Source: Octopus vulgaris
Lineage: Eukaryota
NCBI GenBank assembly: GCA_951406725.2
Contig: OX597839.1
Coordinates: 10,912,001-10,976,000 of the forward strand
Length of the DNA stretch: 64,000 bases
Direction of reading: 5' to 3'
Positions 1 to 17,062 of this stretch are shown here, piece after piece. The position numbers and the translations under genes are program-made. Under the pieces are notes generated by a model that did no database searches, was not told where the DNA came from, and saw only the letters and a program-made list of their open reading frames with translations. Position 1 is the stretch's first letter. Each line of letters starts with the position of its first letter.

Positions 1-174
1 CCACTGAGTGGTACCTTGGGCAAATATCTTCTATAGCCTCGGGCCGAAAAAGCCTTGTGAGTGGATTTAGTAGTCGGAAACTGAAAGAAGCCCGTTGTAT
101 ATATATATGTGTGTGTGTGTGCATGTTTGTATGTCTGTGTTTGTCCCCGTAACTTATATATATGTGTATGTATC

Positions 175-581
175 TCTTTTACTCTCTGTTACTTGTTTCA
201 GTCATTTGACTGCGGCCATGCTGGAGCACCGCCTTTAGTCGAGCAAATCGACCCCGGGACTTATTCTTTGTAAGCCCAGTACTTATTCTATCGGTCTCTT
301 TTGCCGAACCGCTAAGTGACGGGGACGTAAACACACCAGCATCGGTTGTCAAGCAATGCTAGGGGGACAAACACAGACACACAAACATATACACACACAC
401 ATATATATATATATACATATATACGACCAGCTTCTTTCAATTTCCGTCTACCAAATCCACTCACAAGGCATTGGTCGGCCCGGGGCTATAGCAGAAGACA
501 CTTGCCCAAGATGCCACGCAGTGGGACTGAACCCGGAACCATGTGGTTGGGTAGCAAGCTACTTACCACACAGCCACTCCT

Positions 582-582
<1 letters not shown>
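175..582 (-). mobile_element. tRNA-derived SINE, family A (full length, internal TA/CA microsatellite)
   Basis: Minus strand begins CAGGAGTGGCTGTGTGGTAAG (A-box-like) ...GGGTTCAGTCCC (B-box-like), then a CORE-like CTTGGGCAAGTGTCTT, and ends ...AAATGACTGAAACAAGTAA; more than 20 related copies in the window. Confidence 0.9.
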
Positions 583-629
<47 letters not shown>

Positions 630-631
<2 letters not shown>

Positions 632-783
632 GGGCTTCTTTCAGTTTCCGTCCACCAAATCCACTCACAAGGCTTTGGTCAGCCCGAGGATATAGTAGAA
701 GACACTTGCCCAAGGTGCATCGCAGTGGGACTGAACCTGGAACTATGTGGTTGGTAAGCAAGCTACTTACCACACAGCCACTC
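630..783 (-). mobile_element. SINE family A, 5' half
   Basis: Near-identical to 425-582. Confidence 0.85.
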
Positions 784-1357
784 CAACGCCTGAATTATAT
801 ATATTATTTATATAACATATAATCTGTATATGAGAACTGTGCCCTAATTTCATTCAGAGCGTCAAGTTCGGAATACACTGGTTTGATTTCATGTGGGGTC
901 AAGCATTATCACGTAATTTCCTCTTGGCTGTTGTCATTTTATATGAAGTTAAATACAATATGATATGCAATGCTGGCTTTGAAAATGGTTAAAAATAACT
1001 CTGGGAAGTAGTTCGTTTTATGGGTCACTGAAGCGACCTAACCATTACTTACCAGGAACATTAAATCTTGAACTGGCTTTTTATAAGACGCAACTTGATT
1101 TTCTGGGGCGTTTTTTCAAAAGCGGGCTTTGTAAGCCGGTCAGAAGTGACACAGATACACACTCAATTACACACACACACGTTGATACAGATGTGGCTGC
1201 GGAGTAAGAGGTGTGTTTCTTTGTTTATGAGCCACGTGATTCCGGGTTCAGTCCTGGTGTGCGGTATCTTGGGCATATGTCTTCTACTATAGCCCTGGGC
1301 CAACTAAATCCTTGTGAGTAGATTTAGTAGAGGGGAACTAAAAGAAACCCATCGTAT

Positions 1358-1407
<50 letters not shown>

Positions 1408-1464
1408 GGTATTTGCCAACAGAATGTGGCAGTCCTATACATATGAATAAGTATATTATATACT

Positions 1465-1858
1465 CATTAACTCTTTTACTTGTTTCAGTCATTTCACTGC
1501 GGCCATGCTGGAGCACCACCTTTAGTCGAGCAAATTGACTCCAGGGATTATTCTTTGTAAGCCTAGTACTTATTCTATCGGTCTCTTTTGCCGAACCGCT
1601 AAGTTACGGGGACGTGAACATACCAGCATCGGTTATCAAGCGATGTTGGGGGATAAACACAGACATACAAACACACACACACACACACACACATATACGA
1701 CAGGCCTCTTTCAGTTTCCGTCAACCAAATCCACTCACAAGGCTTTGGTCGGCCCGAGGCTATAGTAGAAGACACTTGCCCAAGGTGCTACGCAGTGGGA
1801 CTGAACCCGGAACCATGTGGTCGGTAAGCAACCTACTTACCATACAACCACTCCTGCA
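1465..1858 (-). mobile_element. SINE family A, full length
   Basis: Colinear match to 175-582. Confidence 0.9.
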
Positions 1859-2193
1859 CCTATATACATAAACATACACAGCGTAACATACGTACATGCG
1901 TAAGTACGTGTGTGTGTGTGTATGCGTCTATGTGTGTGTATGTGTGTGTGTGTGTGTGTGTGCGTGTTTGTGTGTGTAAGGGTGTGTGCGTTTTAAAAAT
2001 GCAAAGTATTAAAAAAGTATACTCGGCATATCTGGGAAGATCTATATACTTGTGTAAGGCCGGTGATTCCGTCATCACCACTCGGAATTTCACGCTTGTT
2101 TGAGATCATTTACCAACTACACATATACCATGCTCTTTCGTCTATACACATGAAACAGCCTTTCATCCACACTCATACACACACCCTTGTCTA

Positions 2194-2236
<43 letters not shown>

Positions 2237-2580
2237 CCTCGTCTACACATAAACGTATTCCTTGATCGACAGAACTTTGTGCACGACAGTGAAACTTTAA
2301 GTGGCGACAGAGAGAATATATTGACACAATGTGTGAGTGTGCGTGCATGTGTGTGTGTGTGTGTGTGTGCGTGTGTGTGTGTGCGCATGTGTGTGTGTGT
2401 GTGTGTGTGTACAAACACGCACAGACACACATATTAGAAGCCGAACTTCAATTATGTCGCTATTTCGAGTTTGTCATTTCCGTTTTTCCCGATAATTTAT
2501 CTCGATTAGAAATCTCTATGTAACACATGCATGTATGTGTGTGTATTATATTCATATATTGTAATATGCATACATATATA

Positions 2581-2631
<51 letters not shown>

Positions 2632-2833
2632 AATATTCATATATTCTAATATACATACATATATAAATACATACACATATATATATATATATATATATAC
2701 ATAATACATATATACATACATGCACACACACATACACAGATATATATATATATATATATATGTCTGTGTGTGTGTGTGTATAAATCTGATATATATGTGT
2801 AATACATATCACATATATCAGGACTATACGAAC

Positions 2834-2864
<31 letters not shown>

Positions 2865-2944
2865 CATACATATTTATATATATATGTATGTATGTATGAA
2901 GGTATATAAATATATATATATGTATGTATGTATGAATGTATATA

Positions 2945-3016
<72 letters not shown>

Positions 3017-3362
3017 GATAGATAGATAGATATATATGTATGTATGAATGTATATATGTTCACATGTATGTATATACGAATATATAGAGAGAATGGGAGG
3101 GAGAGAGGGTGTGTGACAGACAAGCAGAGTAAGACCCCATCCAATGTTCTTTCTCCTCCTCCTCTTCCCCCACCCACCGACTTCCTAACCTTCCCACTGC
3201 TGCTGCTTTTGGTGCCGCTGCTAAACACATCATCTCCAAACTGGAAGTCGGCATTCCTTGGCAGAGTGATCAAAGGAAGATCTGGAGTGTGTACTATTCA
3301 ACATTTTTTGGTACCACTGGCAATAGAAGAGCAGGCACACTCACACATATCACACACACACA

Positions 3363-3399
<37 letters not shown>

Positions 3400-3997
3400 A
3401 TATCACACACTCACACATATCACACACAGACACACACACATATATCATACATTTGCCGTCATCAATCCACAAACATATGTACACATATATATGCATATAT
3501 ACATATGTATATATATGTATATGTATGTATATACATATATATACATATATATATATATGTATATATGTATATATATATACATATATACATATATATGTAT
3601 ATATACATATATACATATGTATATGTATATATATGTATATGTATATATACATATACATATGTATATATGTATATGTATATATACATATATATACACACAC
3701 ACACACACTCACACGTGTTTGTGTGTATGTGTCTATACATACACAAACACACACCTACACTCACATACATACATACATACATACCCACACATGTGTACCT
3801 TATATATATATATACACATTTAAAAATATGAAATGGTTTTCCGTCCGTATGGTTGCTGAGTACTCCGTTTATTCCAACAATTGTACAACCTGTGCCTTGA
3901 ATTAGCATGTAAGTGGCTGAGTATCTCAAAGACGTGAATAACTTCCATACAGAATCTGTCTGACAGGAGCAGACGTGGGTGTGTGACAAAAAGTTTG

Positions 3998-4415
3998 GGA
4001 TCTTTTCGTTTTGACCAGCATTTTTTAAAAATAATTTCCACGTAACTAAACACTTTTAAACTTCGTATACTGGTAGAATGTGTTTATAAAACATCTTTTT
4101 CTCTTGGCTTTATTGAGAAAATTCTATAGTTTCTAAGATATTTGTTGTTTTTTTTCTTCAATTTCTGCAATTTCAACCAATCAATGACATCCATTGACGT
4201 AAAAAAACATTCTGTGCCGTATGAATATGTCCCTCGTTTAAGAAACAGATTGAGTTTATTTACATTTGTGAAGAAAAAAGATACCCTTCCCCCACCCCTA
4301 ACCCTAACCTTTAAAAAAGATTGAAATGCAATAGATCGATACTAGGGTCATAATTATGGGTGACAATTTCATATGCCACCGCTAGAAAAAACTGCCGTTC
4401 AAACCGAAAAGATCC
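3998..4415. mobile_element. MITE with GGATCTTTTCG terminal inverted repeats (copy 1)
   Basis: GGATCTTTTCG...CGAAAAGATCC termini; colinear with 7499-7917; TSD degenerate. Confidence 0.85.
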
Positions 4416-4680
4416 CAAAAGTCAACCATATAACTCTAGGGTAACTTTGTGGTTTTTGGTGGTCATTAGACCTTGATGTCCATGCTGAGCCTTCGATTCT
4501 GTGTTGTTTCATTTTGTCTTTGTTCTCGTGATTTACCTTTATCGTGCAACAAAGATGACATGTCAAAATTCAACGTTTCCATCAATAACAGAGACCGTCA
4601 CCACTGTGTTTGTGTGTGTGTGTGTGTGTGCATGCGTGTGTGCGTGTAAGCGCCTTTCCTTTTTAAAAATGCAAAGTATA

Positions 4681-5092
4681 GGCACAGGAGTGGCTGTGTG
4701 GTAAGTAGCTTGCTAACCAACCACATGGTTCTGGGTTTAGTCCCACTGCGTGGCATCTTGGGCAAGTGTCTTCTGCTATAGCCCCGGGCCGACCAATGCC
4801 TTGTGAGTGGATTTGGTAGACGGAAACTGAAAGAAGCCTGTCGTATATATATGTATATATATATGTATGTGTGTGTGTGTTTGTGTGTCTGTGTTTGTCC
4901 CCCTAGCATTGCTTGACAACCGATGCTGGTGTGTTTACGTCCTCGTAACTTAGCGGTTTGGCAAAAGAGACCGATAGAATAAGTACTAGGCTTACAAAGA
5001 ATAAGCCCTGGAGGTCGATTTGCTCGACTAAAGGCGGTGCTCCAGCATGGCCACAGTCAAATGACTGAAACAAGTAAAACGTAAAAGAGAAA
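4681..5092 (+). mobile_element. SINE family A, full length
   Basis: tRNA-like head, internal microsatellite, same 3' end as other copies. Confidence 0.9.
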
Positions 5093-5624
5093 GACTATGC
5101 TTGATTGTAACATTTTCACTTATATTTTTGTTTTTTCTTGGTCATTCATTTAAAATTGTATTTGTGCTTCAATGCTATCTGCTATCCGGATTGTGGTTAT
5201 TGAGGGCGTATTCTCTTCTACCAGCATTGTGGTTAATCCTTCCTCCTGCTTACCACACTTTACATTTGCGGCTATTTTAGATCACTGATAAATAATATAA
5301 ATTACTACCACACAGGAAAATTCATAGAGAATAAGGTGTGGATTGTGAAGAAGAAGAAGAAGAGCCAATGGGGGAGGGAATTAGTGTAACAGGTGCTGGG
5401 ATGAAGGGCAGGCAATGAAGTATAAGTTAAACAATCGTTGTTAAGTGAATGTGTGTATATGTTTGTGTGTAATCTGGCGATGACTATAGGTGTGTGTGAG
5501 TATAGATTTGTGCAATCTACGTACGTAGAAGTCAGTGGCTTTATGCAACTTTTAATAACGTTTTTACAGTTTGATAATTTTACGCGTATAAAAATTATAT
5601 GTGTTTGTGTGTGTGTGTTTATTG

Positions 5625-6110
5625 TTTGCAATCTTGAGAAATTAGGCTTCTCAAAAGCAGAAAGCAGAAAGCTGGTTCGAAGACCACAGATCCAAGCCAT
5701 CACTGGAACTGTAAAAATCTGTAAAACTTTCCGGAAGTTTATCATTTAAGTATATATATGCGCATGTCTAGATATGCAACTATATGTATGAGAATACAGA
5801 GATAAAGCAAAACATACAAATCTGCATGCATGCATACACACATACATACATACATAATTACATACATACATACGCAAGGATGACACGCAAATTCGTGAAG
5901 CGTTCCATATTTTTAAATGGCGGTGCCCCAGCATGGCACAGCTCGTGAGCTGAAACTAGATAAAATAAAATAAAAATTTAAAAAATACATAAATACATAC
6001 ATACAGAAATACCCTGTTGGTGTTGTTGAAATTTCAATGAAGGAGCCTTGGATCTAGGTTAGAAACCGGCTCTTTTTCTATTGGCAAAAAATCATGAAAT
6101 AAAACTGATG
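5625..6110 (+). mobile_element. 3' fragment of an RLE-type (R4/Dong-like) non-LTR retrotransposon
   Basis: Translation CNLEKLGFSKAESRKLVRRPQIQAITGTVKICKTFRKFII* resembles the C-terminal Q...GT..I.K motif of R4/Dong ORFs; followed by UTR-like sequence. Confidence 0.55.
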
Positions 6111-7230
6111 ACATGCATGCATGCATGCTTGCTTGCTTGCTTGGTGGAGACATCGCCCTGGTTCCATCTGGAAAACCAATGACTTTTTGGTCTCTTCAAT
6201 TGACTGGTCATTTGTCCAGTTCCGTTTAGCCATCATTGATATAGACATAGAGTCATTGGCTGAAGCACCATCCATAAACTACTGACCGTTGATCAGGGAG
6301 ACCTTTTTGCTTCTGCCGGTACCAGTCTTGATTCGAGGAAATATGTCCGACTGACCAGAAGATGATCCAATCTCCCATTCTGGATGTCAGAAACAAAGAA
6401 GAAGATGATGACGACGACGATGATGATGACGGTGATGATGCAATTGGAGTATGATTGCATTTGTATGAAAACAAAAAGAAAGCTGAACTTAACGTCAACT
6501 ATATTTCATAATCCACACATTTCAAGTAATAATAACTTTTATCAAGGTGTGAAGAGTACAAGATTACACACTTGAAATATAAATAATATTAAATGTATTC
6601 CAGATAAAATTTCAGTCTTTGCCCTTCTAATACAAGTTCAATCATACCCACCAGCAGTATTGGTCTCATTCTATAAATAGCAATTTTCATATATTCTGCA
6701 ATGATTCAAGGAAACTACGACAGATTGAGATACATATTAAGAAGAAAATGCGATTTTCCTTTTATATTGCAGTGAATTAATCCAAAGAATAGTATTACAG
6801 TCAAATCATTTTAAAATGCAGTAATATCCATTGAAAAACAGATTATGACAATCAAATTATTTCAAAATACATTATTACATATTACGAAATATCATATCCA
6901 AAATACATTACTACAATCAAATCATTTTAAGATTACAGATCCCAAAGTACATTCAGATCATTTCAAAATTTATAATGACAGAAATACATCATTGTACATA
7001 GTTTCAAACCGGTTTCACTTCTTACAGAAGATATTCATTGAATTGTGTTATTTGTGTTATGGTTTGCTACTAGCCTTCATTTAATATATATACTTTGATA
7101 TAGCTTCTGCTGGAAGTAGCCTCATAATATACTCACTAGGCAACATGTTATGTATCGCAATAGACCCAAATTAAGGCCCTTTCCTCTCTAATATCACCTC
7201 CCTTACCAGATCCAGCCACCATGCTTTTGC

Positions 7231-7490
7231 ATTACAAACGCCCTCCGCTGCACTTCCACTAACTTTATATTTGAACTCCATTGCTCCTTCTGCAATCTTT
7301 TCTACATCGGGACAACCAGGAACCGACCGGCTGATAGGTCTGCATAGTACCTCAGAGACATCCGACTTAAAAACGAGTAACGTTCTCTCCACATTTCGGC
7401 TCCACAAACAATTATGCTCAACACCGCTCAGTCTTCTGTGTGGCCACTGTCCATGACTCTCCTCACCCCTCACTTCCCCAGAAAACAGAA
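7231..7490 (+). pseudogene. Decayed GIY-YIG endonuclease of a Penelope-like element
   Basis: Frame from 7231 reads ITNALRCTSTNFIFELHCSFCNLFYIGTTRNRPADRSA*YLRDIRLKNE*, matching the PLE CxSxNxIYxIxCxxCxxxYIGxT..R..DRF..HLR motif, with stop codons. Confidence 0.75.
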
Positions 7491-7498
7491 GATCATTT

Positions 7499-7917
7499 GG
7501 ATCTTTTCGGTTTAAACGGCAGCTTTTAACATAATTTCTAGGTAACTAAACAATTTTAAACTTCATATACTGGTAGAATGTGTTTATAAAACATCTTTTT
7601 CTCTTGGCTTTATTGAGAAAATTCTATAGTTTGTAAGATATTTGTTGTTTTTTTCTCTAATTTCTGCAATTTCAACCAATCAATGACGTCCATTGAGGTA
7701 AAAAAAACCATTCTGTGCCGTATGAATATGTCCCTCGTTTAAGAAACAGATTGAGTTTATTTACATTTGTGAAGAAAAAAAAGATAGCCTTCCCCCACCC
7801 CTAATCCTAACCCTAAAACAGATTGAAATGCAATAGATCGATACTAGGGTCATAATTATGGGTGACAATTTCATATGACACCGCTAGAAAAAACTGCCGT
7901 TAAAACCGAAAAGATCC
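7499..7917. mobile_element. MITE with GGATC TIRs and 8-bp TSD (copy 2), inserted in the PLE remnant
   Basis: TIR GGATCTTTTCGGTTTAAACGGCAG / CTGCCGTTAAAACCGAAAAGATCC; TSD GATCATTT at 7491-7498 and 7918-7925. Confidence 0.9.
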
Positions 7918-8096
7918 GATCATTTTCTCTCTCTAAACCTATAGACCTTTCGGCTCCAATTCTTCAACCTGTTTTCTCCCCACTCAATCCCTCACTTTAT
8001 CTGCCTCTTCTCCTCGTCGCTCCTACGTAACCTACTCGCACACACATCCATCTGATCACCATCTCTTCCTCCTGCAACCATCACTTACTCTCAATT

Positions 8097-8395
8097 GTGG
8101 ACGCACACATGGCCTAGTGGTTAGAGCAGCAGGCTCGCGGTCGAGGGATTGTGGGTTCGAATCTCAGACGTGGGTGTTTATGAGCGAAACACCTAAGCTC
8201 CACGCGGCTCCGGAAGAAGGTAATGGCGAAACTTCTGCTGGCTCTTTCGCCACAACTTTCTCTCACTCTTTCCTCCTGCATCTTGCAGCTCACCTGCGAT
8301 GGACCGGCGTCCTGTCCAGGTGGAGAACCTATATGCCAAGAAACTGGGAAACTGGCCCTTATGAGCCAGGCATGGCTCGAGAAGGAACAAACAAC
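8097..8395 (+). mobile_element. tRNA-derived SINE, family C2
   Basis: TGGCCTAGTGG A box, GGTTCGAATCT B box, tail AACAAACAAC; 13-bp TSD ACTTACTCTCAAT (8083-8095 / 8394-8406); copies at 20869 and 46036. Confidence 0.9.
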
Positions 8396-8877
8396 TTACT
8401 CTCAATACAGCTACACCTCTTCCACTAACACCCTACAAACCCACCACCCCACACCAGACATAACTTCCACGTGCACATTCGCGCGCACACACACACACCC
8501 ATCTCCTTCCCTTTCCTGCTCCTTTAACACTCCCCTTACAGCAAAATGTCCACTCACTCACACATACTCTCTTACACCCTCTCACTGAGACGTACATATC
8601 CACGTATGTCTACACTCCACTACTTACAAACATACATATGAATTTACGTTCTATCTTACACACACATACCTGCACTAGAATGCATACCCATTTTCACACC
8701 TAGCTACACGCGCACGCACGCACGCACGCGCGCACACACACACACACACATGTCTCTTCACTCACCCTCATACGCCCGTACCTCCACTTCCACCTTGCCT
8801 GACAACTGTTCTTCACTGGTTTGACAATTATCCAATTCAACAGTCAGTCTTTGCTACAGACCCTCCAACCCCGATTG

Positions 8878-8913
<36 letters not shown>

Positions 8914-9368
8914 AAGAATTTCCTGTAGTAAATAGAAATAAGCAGTCTTTGGCTGCTATTTCTAAATTTTCAGTATGTGGTTAAGCAACTTGTTACTTAA
9001 CGACATACTGAAAATTTGTTGATTAACCCTAATTATATATATATATAAAACCTTTTTGTAAAAGTTCCTACAGATAATGGTTCTCTTTCCATACTGAAAC
9101 TACTTGGTAATAATTATTAATTTTAAAAATTAATAATTATTTACCCTTATATTAGTAATGAAAATTTTCACTCCCTTATAACAAACTGCAGTTCTCTTTC
9201 TGCGGTACTATTTTGTGACACACATGGTAATCTTGGAGGGAAAATATGAATTCATTTGTCTATATGGATTTGGATATTCTGACTATCTTCTGTTATCTCC
9301 GATGGTGCGGGATCGGAATGCAAGGGGTAGGTTAATAGCATTTGCAAATCTATAATCTATATATATAA

Positions 9369-9705
9369 GTGCTACCAGTCAATAACTCCGTATACCCGAA
9401 GCCAGCAAGTGTATGGGGTCATCAGGAGAGAATGCACGCCGTTTCGGGGCCTAGCTCTCAACGGCATCAATGCGCACCGGCCCCGCTTGCTAGATCAGCT
9501 GGTTATCAAATGAAGCTCAATATCCTTCAAGCCATCGCTCATCGTCCCTTTTTAACCAAATCCAGTGGCTAGCCTTCTCCACTGTAGATTGGATATCAGT
9601 CATGGTGGTATTGACTTCATGATGAGTTAGGCCTAGCGATAACAACAGTCTCACACTGTGTCCAACGAACCCTCTACATCCGACTTCGATTAGAAAATGT
9701 TCCGC
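9369..9705 (-). mobile_element. 3' end of a Hero-clade (RLE) non-LTR retrotransposon: ORF C-terminus plus 3' UTR
   Basis: 9705->9517 translates AEHFLIEVGCRGFVGHSVRLLLSLGLTHHEVNTTMTDIQSTVEKASHWIWLKRDDERWLEGY*; EVGCRGF...E.AS.W.W.KR is the Hero C-terminal signature; not in the ORF track because it lacks a start codon. Confidence 0.8.
9402..9493 (-). ncRNA. Candidate non-circularly permuted hammerhead ribozyme in the Hero 3' UTR
   Basis: CUGAUGA (9425-9419), GAAA (9445-9442), GUU site (9462-9460); stem I GAGAG/CUCUC, stem II GGGGCC/GGCCCC, stem III ACGGCGU/AUGCCGU, plus closing helix CUAGCAAG/CUUGCUGG. Confidence 0.7.
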
Positions 9706-10420
9706 TTATTATACAACGGACTTCTTTCAGTTTTTGTCTAATGAATCTACTCACAGGGCTGTAGTCGACCTGAAGCGAGATTTGAAGCCATTTGCCCATG
9801 GCGCCATGCACAGGGATTGAACCCAGGGCCATGTGCTTGGAAAGCAAACTCCTTATCGCACAGCCATGCCATTTTTCTTAAGCATTTAACCACAATGTGT
9901 CTCCCCTACTATTTCCCCATTTGTTTCTTTGTCTGGGTCCATTTCCACAGCATTCTCTTTATCCATCTTTTATTACTTTCTCTGGACAGTATATCTGTCG
10001 CATAACTTCTAGGCTTTTCACCAGTGCAATCACTTTACTATTCTTATTTATATTTCTCCATTATCAATACGGTTTATTCCATCATTGGTTTATCTTCTTC
10101 AATACTACATTCCTCTCACCTTCCCTTTCATCTCACACCCACGCCTGCCACATCCTCCTCTCCATGCCTTCCTGAACATAAAATAAAAATTACACGTACA
10201 CACACATGCTGAAACGCCACACACGCGCCTTACAACCACATACGAAGCAACAATGCCTATCTTTATACATGAATACACTCCTAAACATGGATACACCACC
10301 TCTGCCTCCTCCTTTCCTAACTCTTCCCAAAGAGCTGCAATTCATTCTGGCCCCTAACCTTTATTTTTCAACTACATTTTCTCATTCTTTATATTTTTCA
10401 CACAGCCTCTTATTCCTTAA

Positions 10421-10456
10421 TTTCTGTGATGAAAGACGAACGTCTGAAACGTCAAG
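10421..10456 (+). ncRNA. Degenerate minimal hammerhead (PLE type)
   Basis: gUGAUGA-A-AGAC(GAAC)GUCU-GAAA-CG-UC; palindromic stem III ACGU; C3->G change and poor stem I suggest it is inactive. Confidence 0.55.
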
Positions 10457-10524
10457 TCTCCCTTTTGCAAGAGTTGAATTAATACATTTACTTAAACTTG
10501 TCTTTCCCACGTTGTCTTACCTAA

Positions 10525-15230
<4,706 letters not shown>

Positions 15231-15354
15231 GAGTTAAACCAGCATGCGGATATACCTGATGCAGTATTTGTCTTGCTGAACAAAGTCTCTCGAAGAGAAA
15301 AGCATTGACTGTTTATGCAACTTGTTCCGAGTATGCTTTTATTCTTTTGTTCTT

Positions 15355-15770
15355 TCATTCTTTTACTACTTTCAGTTATTTGGCTGTGGCCATGCTGGAG
15401 CATGACCTTAAAGGGGTTTTTCTAGTCAAAGAAATCAGCCCCCAGGACTTATTCTTTGTAACCCTAGTACTTATTCTATCAAACTCTGTTGCCAAAGCAC
15501 TAAGTTACAGGGACGTAAACACACCAACATCTGTTTGTCAAGCGATGGTGGGGAGACAAACAGACACAAAGACACACATACATAAATACACACACACACA
15601 CATGTATATATATGATGGACTTCTTTCAGGTTCCATCTACCACATCCACTCACCTGGCATTGGTCAGCACAAGGCAATAGTAGAAGACACTTGCCCATGG
15701 TGCCACACAGTGGTACTGAACCTGGAACAATGTGGTTGGGAAGCAAGCTTCTTACCACACAGCCACATGT
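15355..15770 (-). mobile_element. SINE family A, diverged
   Basis: Colinear with 175-582. Confidence 0.8.
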
Positions 15771-16018
15771 GTATATTTAGTGGCATTTTATGTGTATGCG
15801 TATACTAAGATGTATAAGTGCATCTGTGTGCATGCTAGCATATCTTTTATCTTTTACTTGTTTCAGTCATTAGACTGTGACCAAGCTGGGGTACTGCCTT
15901 GAAGGATTTTTAGTCAAATAAATTGACCTCAGTACTTAATCTTTTTTAAGCCTAGTACTTATTTGATCTGTCTCTTTTGCTGTACTGTTAAACAGGTGGC
16001 AGGAAGCAAAGATAGACA

Positions 16019-16021
<3 letters not shown>

Positions 16022-16050
<29 letters not shown>

Positions 16051-16290
16051 TTAATGTCCGTTTTCCATGTTAGCATGGGTTGGATGGCTTGACCAGGGTC
16101 TGCGAAGCCAGGAGGCTGTGCCAGGCTCCAATCTGATCTGGCAGTGTTTCTACAGCTGGATGCCCTTCCTAATACCAACCACTCTGTGAGTGTAGTGGGT
16201 GCTTTTTACATGCCACCAGCAATGGCCATGATCATTTGGTGCTTTTTACATGCCACCAGCAAGGAAGCCAGTCAAGGCGCCACTGGCATT
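16022..16290 (-). mobile_element. Retroposon family D with (GAT)n tail
   Basis: Matches 24361-24780 and 30150-30580; ends ...GGACATTAAATGATGATG on the minus strand. Confidence 0.8.
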
Positions 16291-16467
16291 GGCCACATTC
16301 AGATGTTTCTTTTTTACCTGTGGCTATGTGGTAAGAAGCTTGTTTCTCGACCACATATTTTCAGGTTTGGTCCTATTTGCATGCCACCTTGGACAAGTGT
16401 CTTCTTCTATCGCCTCATGCCAACCAAAACCTTGTAAATGAATTTAGCAGATGGAAACTAAAAAAGC

Positions 16468-16514
<47 letters not shown>

Positions 16515-16740
16515 GAGTGGCTGTGTGGTAAGTAGCTTGCTTACGAATTTAGCTGGGTGGCAAGAAGCTTGCTTCCTATCTACATGGTTCTGAGTTCAGT
16601 CCCACCTCATGGTAACCTGAGCAGTGCTCTCTACTATAGCTTCAGGCTGACCAAAGCCTTGTGTAGATAGAAACTGAAAGAAGCTCATCATATGTATACA
16701 TATGTATGTATGTATATATATATGTGTACATGTGTGTGTT

Positions 16741-16779
<39 letters not shown>

Positions 16780-16809
16780 TTGTCCCCCAACACTGCTTGA
16801 CAACCAATG

Positions 16810-17062
16810 AAATTAACATGCAAGTGGCTGAGCACTCCACAGACACATCTTCCCCTAACCTAGTTCTCAGGGAGATTCAGCATGACACAGAATGTAACAA
16901 GGCTGGCCCTTTGAAATACAGGCACAACTCATTTTTGCCAGCTGAGTGGACTGCAGCAATGTAAAATAAAGTGTCTTGCTCAAGGACACAATATATCACT
17001 GGGAATCGAACTGATGACCTTATGATTTCGAGCCAAATACCTTAACCACTAACCCACACACC
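16810..17062 (-). mobile_element. tRNA-derived SINE with CORE/V-like centre and family C1 tail
   Basis: Minus strand: tRNA-like head, TGTGTCCTTGAGCAAGACACTTTATT, then the same tail as 32580-32760. Confidence 0.7.

Noticed and set aside
346-822. Recurring ORFs such as [27 protein letters not shown] as a protein family
   Set aside because: They are antisense translations of SINE family A copies.
1045-1150. Possible minus-strand exon ending in CTG|GTAAGT
   Set aside because: All three frames contain stops over this stretch; a donor motif alone is insufficient.
9068-9105. Possible further hammerhead remnant (CAGATAA...ACTGAAACTAC)
   Set aside because: Core and stems are too degenerate to support.
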